A stretch of 64,000 nt of DNA, taken from IMG/VR virus record IMGVR_UViG_3300032397_000001; one strand, written 5' to 3'. The stretch is from a virus. The position numbers and the translations under genes are program-made. Positions 19,479 to 31,900 of the stretch are shown here, one piece after another; position 1 is the stretch's first letter; each line of letters opens with the position of its first letter. Under the pieces are notes generated by a model. It had not been told where the DNA came from and did not search any database. It was given only the letters and a program-made list of their open reading frames with translations.

Positions 19479-19883
19479 GTGAATTTAGACGTTGTTGCGA
19501 AATCTGTTATTGGCTTAATATTGTCTTTTGATAATGAGTCTGTTTTAAGTGGTGTTTATCATGCAGAAGATCCTGACCAAGTTCCATCGCAAGTTCCAGT
19601 ATGCACCTTCGCCTTTGTACCTGCGCCCTACAGCAAAATTTTCGATGAATTTTACATGGAATGGACATTCTGGTTTAATAACCCCTTCTTCAGTAATGTT
19701 TCTGATATAGTGAATCGTATTGAGGAAAATTCAGACGAGTGGGTAGATTGTGTACAAGATGGAAAAGTTTTAGGTAGGGTATGGTTTCTTTTGAATCGGT
19801 CTCCTCAAACAGGTGGGCGTAACAATTTAAAGTATATTACCTTATTCATTAAGGTGCGTGCAACGTTTAATGAAATATGCTGA
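19479..19883 (+). CDS. Putative tail terminator
   Basis: Size, VYH...P..VPVCTF motif, position before tail tube. Confidence 0.5.
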   Translation: MNLDVVAKSVIGLILSFDNESVLSGVYHAEDPDQVPSQVPVCTFAFVPAPYSKIFDEFYMEWTFWFNNPFFSNVSDIVNRIEENSDEWVDCVQDGKVLGRVWFLLNRSPQTGGRNNLKYITLFIKVRATFNEIC

Positions 19884-19901
19884 AGAGCCCTTAGAGCTTT
19901 T

Positions 19902-20186
19902 ATGGAGAGCATTATGAATGAGGGTAGCAAGTGGAAAGATGAAAAATGGAAGGACAAACCTTGGAAGTGTACAAACTGCTCTTTCTTGTTAGGGGTGCTA
20001 TCACAGGACTTAACTACATTAAGGATTAAGTGGCGTGATTTGTTTGTGACTGTGATCGAGGCTCAACAGGTGAAAGTGATTTGTCGGCGGTGTGGCCGCG
20101 AGAATGTCTTAATGGGTGGAACTCCAAAGGAAGTTGGCTCTAAACCTGGTGAAAATGGTCAATCATCTGTTAAGGCCAGTATATAA
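19902..20186 (+). CDS. Mu Com-like zinc-finger regulator
   Basis: WKCTNCSFLLG...VKVICRRCGRENV. Confidence 0.65.
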   Translation: MESIMNEGSKWKDEKWKDKPWKCTNCSFLLGVLSQDLTTLRIKWRDLFVTVIEAQQVKVICRRCGRENVLMGGTPKEVGSKPGENGQSSVKASI

Positions 20187-20267
20187 TTTCAAAGCGAGAG
20201 CGTCTGGAATGCCCTGCTGGTGTAACACAAGGAGAATTGATAACAAATCAGTAGGGAGGAACTAGCA
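20187..20267 (+). promoter_or_regulatory. Major tail gene leader with shared motif and RBS-sequestering hairpin
   Basis: CGAGAGC..CTGGAA..TAACACAAGGAGA; ccctgctggt (20212-20221) pairs with atcagtaggg (20247-20256), overlapping the RBS. Confidence 0.5.
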
Positions 20268-21416
20268 ATGCCATTCAATTTGCCAAAGTACAACACTTCC
20301 AGGTTCAGTATTGGTCCTTGCGTTGTCTATATGGCGCCCTTCTGTACTACCGGTACGGCGTGTATTCCCAGTACAGATGTGGGGGCTGTAAATGCAGGAG
20401 CAACTCTGACGACAACTCGTGAGAAGACGGAAATCTTTCAGGGATTTCCCAAAACGTTGGTTGATCAGCTCGCGACCCAGGAAACTGCAACTCTCAAGTT
20501 TGAATCGATTGAATGGAATCTTGCCAACTTGGCTAAGGCGCTCGGTACGGGAATTCTGGATGTTGGGTCGGACGCCGTTGGATCGACGCCCTCGCCCATA
20601 AGCCTTACCGGTATTGGGACAGGTCCTTACGTTGGGACGATCACCATCGCGGCTGGTTTGGCAATTGTTCCTGGTTCCGTTCAGATCTTGGATGGTACCT
20701 TAGTTGAAGAGAGCGACGATGGCAACGAAAGCTTCGCGGTTGGTACGGGAACCGTTGATTATGGGACAGGAGCTGTCGAGTATACCTTCGATGTCTCACC
20801 AACGGGGACAGTCATGGCTAGCTGTCAACTCGGCGAGCTCGTTTGTGCTGCTGGAGCGATCGATCTGATGACTCTGTTTCTCAAGTGGCCTTATGTCACC
20901 CCAGATTCTGTAACCATTACCGCTCAGCATGCTGCTGGTGCGCTGGTGGTCACAGATGATGGATCTGGCGGTTTGTCTGGTGACACCGCGGTACCTGGAT
21001 CCGGAGAAGCTGCGAACTCAATCGAGTATGAAACGGGGAAGATTTCGGTCAAGTTCAGTTCAGCGCTAGTAGCTGGCGCTGTGGTTGTGGCAACCTACAA
21101 TGGTACCATGACTGAAACCCTGAGTTTCGGTGGTGAGATCTCCTTCCAGGAGGTGGCAATCAAGCTCGTTCACCAAACGCCGAAGGGGATGACCATCACA
21201 GTCAAGATCTGGAAGGCACAAGGGTCCGGTGCGGTTGAGATGAACTTTGGAAATGATCCTCACGCTTTCCCGATGGAGTTCAGTGGAATGGTGCCCTTCG
21301 ATCCTTGCCTCAAGCAGATTGTGGACTGGGAGGGTAACCTTCTCGTACCTGGTAAACAGCTGTTTGAGGTCACGATCACCAAGGCGGCTAACACCTGCGC
21401 AAGTCAGTGTAGCTAA
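20268..21416 (+). CDS. Major tail (tube) protein with two inserted beta-rich domains
   Basis: IGP.VVY...DVGA, ATLKFESIEWNLANL, IWKAQ; two PGSV/PDSV...DDG...Y.TG inserts; followed by terminator. Confidence 0.8.
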   Translation: MPFNLPKYNTSRFSIGPCVVYMAPFCTTGTACIPSTDVGAVNAGATLTTTREKTEIFQGFPKTLVDQLATQETATLKFESIEWNLANLAKALGTGILDVGSDAVGSTPSPISLTGIGTGPYVGTITIAAGLAIVPGSVQILDGTLVEESDDGNESFAVGTGTVDYGTGAVEYTFDVSPTGTVMASCQLGELVCAAGAIDLMTLFLKWPYVTPDSVTITAQHAAGALVVTDDGSGGLSGDTAVPGSGEAANSIEYETGKISVKFSSALVAGAVVVATYNGTMTETLSFGGEISFQEVAIKLVHQTPKGMTITVKIWKAQGSGAVEMNFGNDPHAFPMEFSGMVPFDPCLKQIVDWEGNLLVPGKQLFEVTITKAANTCASQCS

Positions 21417-21431
21417 AGGGCCTCACTTTCA

Positions 21432-21474
21432 GGAGGTGGAAAGAGTTTAGGTTCTTTCCACCTCCGCTCTTTCT
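21432..21474 (+). terminator. Intrinsic terminator after tail tube gene
   Basis: ggaggtggaaaga/tctttccacctcc stem. Confidence 0.7.
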
Positions 21475-21495
21475 CGATGAAGGGAGGTGCGAACA

Positions 21496-21693
21496 ATGGC
21501 AATCGACTATGGAAACACGGATGTGAAAACCCAACCTCGAGTTTCGGGACCCAAGGTTACTTCTGGGTCAAAGGAAGTCAGAGTTGCCCTACCTGGAATT
21601 TCCCCTCAGCCCAATGTGGGGAATCAGAGGGCGAAGGGTACCCTCGGCGTGGTGAAGCCGCCTAGCCCCAAGGCCGGTGCGGGTGGTGGTTAA
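21496..21693 (+). CDS. Small basic Pro/Gly-rich protein (65 aa)
   Basis: AAGGGAGG RBS before ATG 21496; lies between two terminators; GC-rich codon usage. Confidence 0.6.
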   Translation: MAIDYGNTDVKTQPRVSGPKVTSGSKEVRVALPGISPQPNVGNQRAKGTLGVVKPPSPKAGAGGG

Positions 21694-21732
21694 CCCGAGT
21701 CTCAGGACGGTGTATCGGAAACCCTCCTTGAT

Positions 21733-21761
21733 GGGGCGGCATTAAGACCGCCCCCGTTTTT
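21733..21761 (+). terminator. Intrinsic terminator
   Basis: ggggcgg/ccgcccc stem plus T-tract. Confidence 0.7.
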
Positions 21762-21801
21762 CTACTTTCTAATTTCCTTAGAGGAATAGAGGAGAAAGAA
21801 A

Positions 21802-22344
21802 ATGACAGAGTCTACGTCGGTTGATTCCAAGGTGATTATCCCTGAACTTATTATTCCCCTCAAGTTCACACTCTCCAAGGTTAATGGTGATCCCGTTGAC
21901 ATTCCTTCAGTTCTATCTTGGGGAAAAGAGAAAAAGGTTTTGGCTATTGTTGGCCAGGCTTTCAAAAAGCTTATGCCTGACAGTAAGGATAAGAAATCTT
22001 CCTTTGACGCAAATGATTTTCTTGACTTCCTGAATACTCTTCCTGAATTCTCTCAGAATGAGGAACTCAAAAGAACTGTCTCTTCCGCGGTCACCAAGTA
22101 TAATCTCACCCAAACGGCTTTTGGTCGAATTGATGCGGCTGCTCTATTGCAGTTTTTCTCTTCTGAAGCTCCCACCTTGATTACCGATCTAGTTTCAATT
22201 GTTACGGCTACTCCGGCGAGCGATGTAGACGAAAACTTTGATGGCACCTCAGTTCTAGGATTCGCAATCCCTTACATTCTTCATGCAATGAGAAAGTACG
22301 CCGGATCTTTTGCAGCTGCGACGCCAATATCTCCTCTCGAGTGA
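21802..22344 (+). CDS. Putative tail assembly chaperone
   Basis: Position between tail tube and TMP; helical. Confidence 0.6.
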   Translation: MTESTSVDSKVIIPELIIPLKFTLSKVNGDPVDIPSVLSWGKEKKVLAIVGQAFKKLMPDSKDKKSSFDANDFLDFLNTLPEFSQNEELKRTVSSAVTKYNLTQTAFGRIDAAALLQFFSSEAPTLITDLVSIVTATPASDVDENFDGTSVLGFAIPYILHAMRKYAGSFAAATPISPLE

Positions 22345-22357
22345 GATTGTCTAGTGA

Positions 22358-22975
22358 ATGTACAAAACTCGATGGGTGAAGAGCCTTTCAGGGAAGTGGT
22401 ATAAGTTTAGGACTCCTGTCTCATTGGAGTTGGAATTAAATCTGGTCTCCCTGCTGCAGTCTTCATTAGATCCCTTGTCTGTGATTTCAGATGCTGTTTC
22501 TGAAATTCTTGATCTTTCCCCTGTTGTAGTTGACGCAGAATTTACTGGTGATCAAATACTTAATGTTTTTAACTTAGCCTTTCCCAAGGTAAATCCTGAA
22601 GAGTCCTCTCAAAAGCTTGAAGAGGTTCAAATTAATTTAGAGAAGGAGGGTGGATCGCTTATTGATTCGTTATCGAAGATGTTAACTTTTTTGACGTTCT
22701 ATGGGCGATTTCAACCTTCTGAAATTCTGAGATTGCCTAGAGCAACCGTTGAAGAAATTCTTAGAGAAACTACCGGGCTACTTGAGGCCGATAAGAAGTT
22801 TCAGTTTGAACTCTCTGTAGTTCATGCTTTAGGTATGATCTTCGGAGAGGGCAAATCGTCAGGCTCAAGTAGCTCTTCGTTTAATAAGGATACTGTAGAT
22901 CTTTCGAATATAGGTGAAGAGGATCTCGGTAAAATTCCTCCTGATATGAGGAGTTTTATAAAGGTAGTCAAGTAA
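22358..22975 (+). CDS. Putative second tail assembly chaperone
   Basis: Directly upstream of TMP; QPSEILRLP motif resembling chaperone C-termini. Confidence 0.5.
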   Translation: MYKTRWVKSLSGKWYKFRTPVSLELELNLVSLLQSSLDPLSVISDAVSEILDLSPVVVDAEFTGDQILNVFNLAFPKVNPEESSQKLEEVQINLEKEGGSLIDSLSKMLTFLTFYGRFQPSEILRLPRATVEEILRETTGLLEADKKFQFELSVVHALGMIFGEGKSSGSSSSSFNKDTVDLSNIGEEDLGKIPPDMRSFIKVVK

Positions 22976-25900
22976 TGGAACAGCTTGGCATTGTTGGTTC
23001 TCTTGACATAAGTCAAATAAAAAGCCAAGTTGATGAACTTAACCGCGTGTTAGGAACCCTCGAAAACTCCTTCCGAAAAGTTGAAAACGTTTTCTCGTCT
23101 GTAGAATCCTCATTAGGAAAAGTTCAGGGTGCATCTAAAGGTCTGTCTGATACGTTAGCTGGTGTTCGTACAAGTTTATCTGGAATGGGAAATATTACAC
23201 AAGTTGCAACTCAAGTACAAAAGAGTGTTCAGGAAATTCAAAAAACTGCAACTGGTATAAAATTAGACTTTAAGATTAGTGATCCTGGTAAGTCAATTAA
23301 ACCTTGGATTGATGAATTGCAATTGGTTGAAAAACAGGTTAGGTCTGTTACTGAAAAGATTAATAAAGAAACACAACAGACTCGATCTCGGTTCTCGGAT
23401 AGTGCGGATGAGATTTCTAACTTTAGAGGTGCAATGGTTGCGACCGGAAAGGGTCAAATACCTATATGGAATGAAGCTCGTACTAATCTTCAATCAATGG
23501 TTGACGTCCTGGGAAGTTATGTTGTAAACTTGGAAAAGGCAAATCAGAGGGGAAAATTATTAGGGAAGAAATCTCTACGCACCGAAATGATAACTGGGCC
23601 ATTTCAGCAAGCTCAGGATATGCTGTTCTCCTTTACTGATATGGTAAAGGGCACCCCCGTATCTGAATTATTTGCTGACTGGGAAGATCCGCTGCGTTCG
23701 TTTTCTACATCGATGGAGAAAACGTTTGGTTCTACAAAGTGGCTTACTTTATTTCAGAAGAACTTTGAACCTTTCCGGGGAACTCTTGCAGAATTAGCTG
23801 CTGTACCAGCACAGCAGATGTCAACAGCTTTTACGTCTTTAATTCCTGAGAGCAAGGCAATGGGTGCGCTCTTTATGGATATTTTTACTGCGAAAGGTCC
23901 TCAGGAACTTGAAGCAAGTTTACGTAGTCTAAGAGCCAATTTAGCAATGTTGATGCCTGAGTCAGCAGGTGCAAAAGCTCTCTTTATGAATTTTCAAGAG
24001 TTAGCTACACTGTTGAGAACTCGATTCCTTGCCACTTCATTTATAGATTTCGAACCTGTTATCACTCAAGCTCTCTTTCGTGTCGGTCAGTTAACCGAAG
24101 AATTTATACAAGCTAAGGCTGCTGGAAGAGATACTTCACAGATTGTAATCGGTCTTGCTGCCGCGGCAAGAGAGTTGGCTTCTGAAGCACAAAGAGTAGG
24201 AGTTGGGATTCAAGGATTTATGGCGCGGGCACCTGGGGCGGGGATGGAAACTTCTATTACTCGACTTGAATCAGCTTTTCAAGAGGAAGGATTGGTTGCT
24301 CAGGAGACTGGTAACCGTGCACAAGAATTCTTTAATATAATTCGAGCAGGCCAAACTAGTCTTAAACAAACTGCAAATGAGATAGAAAAGACTGCTGCCG
24401 CTACTGGAAAATGGGGTGAGTTAGCCCGAAGCACTTATGTAGATCTTAGACGAATTGTGTCTACCTATCAATCTTTTGGCCGCCCCACAGTTATTTCAGG
24501 CATTCCAGAGTCGGCGTCAACAAGTGCAGAGAAACTCTCTTCGACTGCTGCAATTCCTCGAGATTTGAAACGCCAAGTTGATTCATTAGCTGGGGCTTAT
24601 GGACTTTGGGCCACAGCTGATATTACTGCTCGACAAAGTTTTCAGAGAACTGGCTATATCACTTTGGATATTCTTAGACAATTATATAAAGGGTTTGGAG
24701 AGGTTGCGGCTCGACCAATGATGCCTGCTGCGCGTGTTCAGGAGTTGCAACGTGTACGTGGAGCGCTTGAAAAGTTGCTGCCGCCAATGGAATTGTCTAA
24801 AACTGTTTCTACGACTGCGTACAATTCGTTTCAATTTTTAGCTCGAGGCGCAACTCAGTTCTCAAATCTCATCCCTAAGATAGTTGAACGTCTTAACGCT
24901 TCGATTCTTAAAACTCGGGTTGATATTGTAGATCCCACTGCCGCTACTAAGGCAATTCAACCCTTCGAAGCACTTAAAAAGGTTTTAGTGGGTTTACAAG
25001 GAGATCTTCAAGTAATCGCTCAAGAAATTACTTTGCTATATGCTAAGGGAGCGCCTAGCATTGAGGCTATTGCTCAGGCCTTTATGAAAATACGCCCAGA
25101 GACCTTGGAACGTGCTTTTCAAGCAGTAACAGAATTGCAGGGTGCTGGTCGAATGTTGGGAGCTCGTGCTGTTACTGGACCTTTGGATGTTGCTCTTGCA
25201 CAAGTGAAAGCTATCGGTCAAATTCCTCCAGCATTTGAACAGGCCTTCGCTAAAATTCAACCTATGACCACTGGCTTTCTGGACCCTGAAGTAGCTAAGC
25301 GGTCAATGAAAGTTTTCGCGGCTGATCTTGCAGGAATGTTTGGGGGTATAGATGTTGTTCGGTCCGCTCGTAAGAACGGTGAGCAATGGGCTGTCAATTT
25401 CACTCAGGCAGTGAATCAAGGTGTAAAGCCTATCTCTCAATTTATTAAAGAGCAACCAGGTGCACCTATACCTCCTGAGATGGTTCAAAAGTTACAGTCT
25501 CAGATGGCTCAGGCATTCTTTAGTGCTAAGTTACCTCAACTGTTTAGTGGTATTGAGGAAAGTCTTTTTACTTCTGTAGGTATTCTCAATAGAATGGGCC
25601 CGGCAGCTGAGAAGTTCAGAGCGCCATTACAGCAGGCGCAGTTAGATACACAACGTTTAGTTGAGCTTTTCTTGAAGATCAAGTTTCCTGATCTTCGTGC
25701 TGGTGAAGATGTTGGGGTTCTGGAAAGAGATTTTAGTAAACTCTCGAGCAAGATTTCTACTGACTTAAAAGCTTCTTTTGGTGGTGTAGGTGAAACTATA
25801 ATGGGTCAGTTAGCCCAAGCTTACAAGAGCTTGGGAAAACTACCAATGGGGGCTCAATTATTTGGACTTGCTGGTAATACAGATCAAATGTTGCGTCAAG

Positions 25901-28900
25901 TATTTGGTGTATTCTCTCGATTGTTACCTACACTGAAGACTGAAATGCTTCAGACGTTTGATATGCCTTTGGAAATGGCTACAGAATTCTTCGGTAAACT
26001 CCAACAGGATGCTATTCAATTCAGGGCTCTTGTTTCTCAGTCAGCACAACCTTTGATTAGTATGAAGGACGCCTTAGCTGGTACTGCAAACGTGTTCGAG
26101 CGTTTAAATATGGCTCGACGTTTGGGGGCGCCCGCAGAGGTTGTTGAAAGCATCAGAGCTGAGGCAGATGCCTTCATGAAAGATAAGGAACAAGCTCGTC
26201 AGTTAAGTAAACAGAAGGAAGAACTTGGTGCTGCTGAATCAAACGTTGGGCGATTAACAGAACTTGCAATTACATTCTTAGAACGAGAAACTAAATCATT
26301 TAGCAATTTGGGCCAGGCTGCAAATATCTCTTTAGGTGCTCTGACAAGTGTAATTTCAAAACAGGCGGGGCTCTTCAAAGGTTTGACTCGTGATATGGGA
26401 ATCAAAGACTTGTTAACCTTTGAAGGTGTTGTTCCTACAGGTATTACCCCAGAAGTATCGAAATATCTCCAAGCATTTTATAATAATGTTGGTACCAATT
26501 TAGATAAGTTACGCCAGGTTACGGATCAAAAGATCGGGGTATGGTCTGTTGGTTTCGGAAAAGGAATGAACAACTTTGCTTCAGTCGTCAAACAGAATGC
26601 CTTCCGACTTCGTGGAGTAATGGAAACAGTTCAAAGTTCTGCTGCAACTGGTGCACAATTTCGCTGGGAAGGCCTTTTTGATGAACCTACTGTTTTAGCT
26701 CTTCAGAAATCTTCAGGACGTATCTCTTCTGTACTAAAAAGATTCCAAGAAGATCTTATGAAGTTTGGGCAGGGTACAGCTCGTCGAGTGGAATTTGGCC
26801 CTGTTACACAAAGTTTACAACAAGAACTTGCTTTCGTTTTAAACCTTGCTGAGTCTGTACGGCAAAAAATTGCTGTAGGCGAAGTAGGTACTGAACAGTT
26901 ACCGGCGGTTAATCGTTTGTTTCAATATGCAATTCAACTTGATGGTGCGATTACTGCTCTCGAACGTCCTTACCAAAGAATGAGTGAAGTTGCCTCCAAG
27001 GGGAAAGCTTCATTCACCCAGTTAGGCAGAACTTTTGGTTCTGAGCTTTATAAAGCAACCCAGGAGATGGGAAGGTCTGTTACAGGACTTAAACAGCCTA
27101 TTGGTTTAATCGTTCAGAAGATGTTCGGAGAAATCTTCGTTCCTGAGAATCTGGAGAGGATTACAGAGTTTCGTGGGATTACAGAGTTCCTTGGAGAACG
27201 GTTTCCCTCACAAGTTCAGTTTGCTTTGAATGTAGCTGCGAAGAGAGGAATTCCTGTACAAAAACTTCTTCAGCAAATGATTCCAGTTAATGCAGCTACT
27301 CTTGAGGAAGCTTTTCGTAATGCACCTGATGTACCTCGCGTACTTTTGGAAAAAATGTTTAGACCAGAATCTTCACTCAAGTTTCAGCAAACAGCAAAAG
27401 GTGTGGTTGAACAAATCATTCGAGCACCTATGAAAGAAGGATTGCAGCGTGCATCTGAATTAATGAGTGTTGATGCTTTGAAGAGTTTTTCTCAATTCAG
27501 TCTCGCGGATTCTATTCTTCAACCAGCACGTCGTGATTTATCCAAGTTACGTCAAGTAGGTCCTGAGTATGCTAGTCAGTTGAATCAAGTAATAAATTAT
27601 ATTAGTGCAGTTCTTAAAACAGTACCTACAGGAAGACGGATGGGTGGTATCCTGGAACAAGCAGGATTTGACTACTCTCAAATACAAGCGTTACAAGCTT
27701 TTGTACGTGGCGCACAAGGGCCTTTATATCAGTTAAGAAATATTCTTACACAAGCCGCTGATCCTCTAAAGGGGATCTCACCTGAGAAGATGAAGCTTGA
27801 TTTGGGCCTTGATCGTACTGTTATGGGTAACCTGCAGAGAGCGGCAGGTGATGAAGAAAAACTTGGTAAAATGACTCAGTTCTTGAGTACTATGTATGAT
27901 CAAGCTGGGGCCTCTTTAATTGAGTTTGTAGCTCGTCAAGAGACGTGGTCTAGTAAATCAATTCAAGATCTTACCGAGTTGATGTCCTTCTGGAAAGGCC
28001 TGGGTGAGATAATACGCCTGATCACCCAGGAATTACCCAAGATGGGAACAGCTCAGGGCTTAATGGGGTTTGAATTCAAAGCTAGTGATTTACTCACACG
28101 AGGAGCTGAAGCTGGGTCAAGCTTTCGTCAAGGCTTAATGCAATCTATGGATCTTGCTGCCATTGGAGGTGGCATCGGCAAGATGCTCGCGGCTATTATT
28201 GCTAAAGATCCTGAAATGATCTTTGAGATTATGAGAACGGGGTCTATCAGACTGAGAGAAGAATTGCGTCGATTAGGTTATGAAGGAAAAGGTAGTATTG
28301 GTGCGCTTGCAAGTTCTATTGAAAAACTTCTTCCAGGAACTACTTTAGGGCCTCAGTTCTTTGGTGCTTACTTTGAAGCTAATGAACGTTTCTTCTTGGA
28401 GAGTGATAAGACTACTCTTGCTATAATGAATATAGTGCAAGGCTTTGAACAGATAAGGCCAACTGCTGCTGCTAACCTAGTAGCTACCCTTGAGAGAGCC
28501 TCTGCTGCATTGCATGAGGCAGATATTTCTTTTAGAGGTTTTGGTGAGGGTTTAGGAGCTCATACAGTAGAGTTTAAAGCCTTCTCTGATAAGCAGCGTA
28601 CTTTGATTCAACAGTATGCGTCTGGAATGGCTGGTGCAATTAAAAGTCAAGCTGCCTTGTATCAGGCAGATCCTTTTGAGCGTAGCTTTGTAAGATTGAT
28701 ACGTAGTGAAGATACACTCTTTGATCAGTTACGTAATGTTATTCAAACACGCGGTAATGAAATTAAGCAAGTTAATGAGCAAGCTTATAAGGGCTTAACC
28801 GAATTTATTTCGAAACCTATCTCTACTCGTACGGTTGCTGACATTGCAAAAGTTTCTCAGATGCCTGGCTTGGAACAGTTTACAGATATAGGTGGTCTGC

Positions 28901-31900
28901 TAACTAAGCTAGCAGGTGTGAGGAGACTGTTTGAGAATGTAGGACAATCTGTTAAGTCATTACAAGGAATGAAACCCTTTGAAGGTTATGTACGAGATGC
29001 TGCTAGCCTTGAAGTGAACATGTTAAAGGTAATGAGAACGATTACTTCAAGCCTTGATCGTATTAGTCAAGGCAAAGGTATGCAATTAAATGTAAAGGAG
29101 TCCCTTGTCGAGTTAGGTTCCTTGCGAGAACGTTTGAGCGTCATCACTTCGGAGATGCAGGGCTGGGCTCAAGCATCTGCTGCTGGTGGGGCACAATTGC
29201 CTTATTCCTTCGAGTTGACTGCAAACTCCGTTGCAAAGATGGGCCGAGTATTAGAGAATGTAATTTCTGTGCTGCGTGCACTCCCTGCGTCTGGAAGAGT
29301 AACTGAACAAAGTCTTCAAAGATTGAATGACTTGTCAAAGGATTTATGGGGAAGTTTGAAAGCTGTTGACCAAATCACTTTAAAAGATTTAGGGGCACAG
29401 ATTGAAGCTATCTTTTCGAAAGCCTTTGGTGAGAAGATGGGTCCTTGGCTTTATCAAGGATTTGCTAAAGTTCCTGCAGGAGCGCGAACCTTCTTTGGAA
29501 ACTTTCAGAAACAGTTGCAAACGGAAGGATCAAATGTTAATGTTTTACTACAAACTATGTCTACCGAATTTCAAAGTATCTTCGCAAAGTTTGGTGGCAG
29601 ACCTCAGTTGATGTTACAGTACTTTGAAAAAGCAACTCCGCAAATGCGATTGCTTCTGTCTCAGTTTTTCGAGCAAGCAGGTCTTTTGACTGGAGCGGGT
29701 TTCCAAAGTTGGATTACTCAATGGTCGCAATATATGGGTGAAATGAACATTGAGGAAAAGAAAGGTCTTGAGAAACTTCAGAAGCAAATGCTAGAAGGCC
29801 TTTCTACTTTCCGTGAAACAAAATTCTTTCCAGAGCCGAAGGTTCCTACCACATTGTTTGATGTAGCTAAAGCTTTACGTCAAGTGGGGATGAGCTTACA
29901 AGAGATTCGTCAGATTAGTGATTTGGGGTTCATCAAGTTATGGGGTGAAGCTCTTACTCAGCCTTTCAAAATGATTATTGGTCAAGCTGGTGAGGTTAGT
30001 GTTGGCTTGGGTGGAGTCTTTTCAATTATTGGCAATAAGATGGCTGTCTTTGCTAATTCTCTTGACGCTGTGCGTCAAGCTTTCCTTGGGTTAAGACAAG
30101 ATAGTGTACAAGTGCAAGAAGGATTTGTGGCTTTTATTACCTTAATAGAGAAATTGTCTGCAGCCTTCAGAGAATCAAAAGTTGTAGGGTCTCAATGGGG
30201 TGTAGAAATTGTTTCTCAGTTGAGTGTCTTAGGAACTGTTGGCAAGAGTCTTAGTGATTTCACTAAAGGTGCAGCAGGTATAGCCGACTTTCCAAGAATC
30301 TTGCGTGAGATTGATTTTGGTGGTCTTGGTCAACAGTTAACTACATTTATGACAGGTATGGGAGGTGCAGCTGCACAAACGCAAGTTCCTGAACAGTTTA
30401 TGGCACCTTTGAAATCATTCCTTGGAATGGCGAAGCAGTTGAATCAGTTTGCGTTTGCTGCAGAAAATATTCTTAAGTTAACTCAAGCCTTTTCAACGTT
30501 ACAAGCACAACTTGGTTCTAGTCAAGCAGTGTTTCAAAGCTTTGAAGGTACATTTCAGATTTTCAGAAAAATGTTTGAACTACTTCCTACTCTCTCGATA
30601 CCTATGGGTCCTGCAGTCCCTGCTGGAGCTATAGAGAGTGCACGAAACTTTGCACAAGTAATTGCACCTTTAGCTAGTGCAATTCGTAGTGTACAAGACA
30701 TTAACTTTGATGCTGCTATCAATAATATTAATCGTGCAGCCACTGAATTCAAAGCTGCTCTTGAGAAATTGTTTCTAGCTTTAGAACAAGTACCTATCTC
30801 TTCGCAAACTCAGAAGGTGATTTCATTTTTATCAAGACTTGCTACAGCTTTCTCTAAGATTGATTGGACAGTTAATCCTCAAGTGATTACTCAGCAGTTT
30901 GTAAGTACTGCAAGAGCAATTGAAAAAGGCCAGCAAATTGTAGAAGGTCAAGTTCAGGAAGGTGCTGCACAAATTGCATCAGCTGCAGAGAAGGCTGGAG
31001 ATCAAATAAAACGTTCTGGGCTAGGTAGCCTAGGTGATTTAGTTGAGCCTAGTTTAATTTCTCTCTTTGGTGCTGGTGAAGAACCAGTTCCTGAGTACTT
31101 GCGAACCACTTCTCAAGCATACACCCAAACATTGCAGGGAATTGGTGAACGTACTCGAATGTTGGTTACTGAATTCGCTCAGGCTTCCGGTCAAGCTAAT
31201 ATTTTTGGTGAAACATTAATGCAAATGGCACGAGGAGGGCCGTCTGCAGCATTCCGTCAAATGGTTGATGACCTTATTATGTTAGGCCCTGCTATTACTC
31301 AGGACACTACAAAGTTTAATGAGATGCGCCAGTCGTTAGAACGTTTCCTTACTGATGTATCTCAAATGAAGGGTGTAGGAGCTCAGTTTACCGAATTGTC
31401 TGCTCGTATTGGAACGCCAGCTATGATGGGGCCTTCTGGCTTGGTACAAACATTGTCTGATACGGCGCGGGCTATAGATAAGGTTCAAAAGGCAGGGGCA
31501 GAAACTACATTCTTGGATATGATGATCAAGAGTCGGTCGAAAGCTCAAGAACTGCATATTCAGGTTGGAGGCCTTTTGAATTATATGCAGTCTATGGGCC
31601 CACGCTTAAGAGAATCTCTTACTACGGGATTTGCCAGACGAGAATTTTATTCGCAGATTTCTGATATTCGTCGTGCGCTTGAACAAGCAATGACTCCTTT
31701 GCGAGGCTTTGTCGGCTTCCCTCAGATTCGTGTAGACATGGAAAAGATGTCATCGGACCTCTCAAGAATGTCGTCAATGTCTACGGGGATACTTACAGTA
31801 TGGGATAGATTCTCAGGTGTAATTCGAAGTGCTCGTGATAGTTTCCTGAACTTGATTGCTTATCAAACACGATGGTATTTATCTATGCAGATTTTCTGGG

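Noticed and set aside
22250-22400. Programmed -1 frameshift between tail chaperones
   Set aside because: No XXXYYYZ slippery site seen near the end of 21802..22344; the downstream gene has its own ATG
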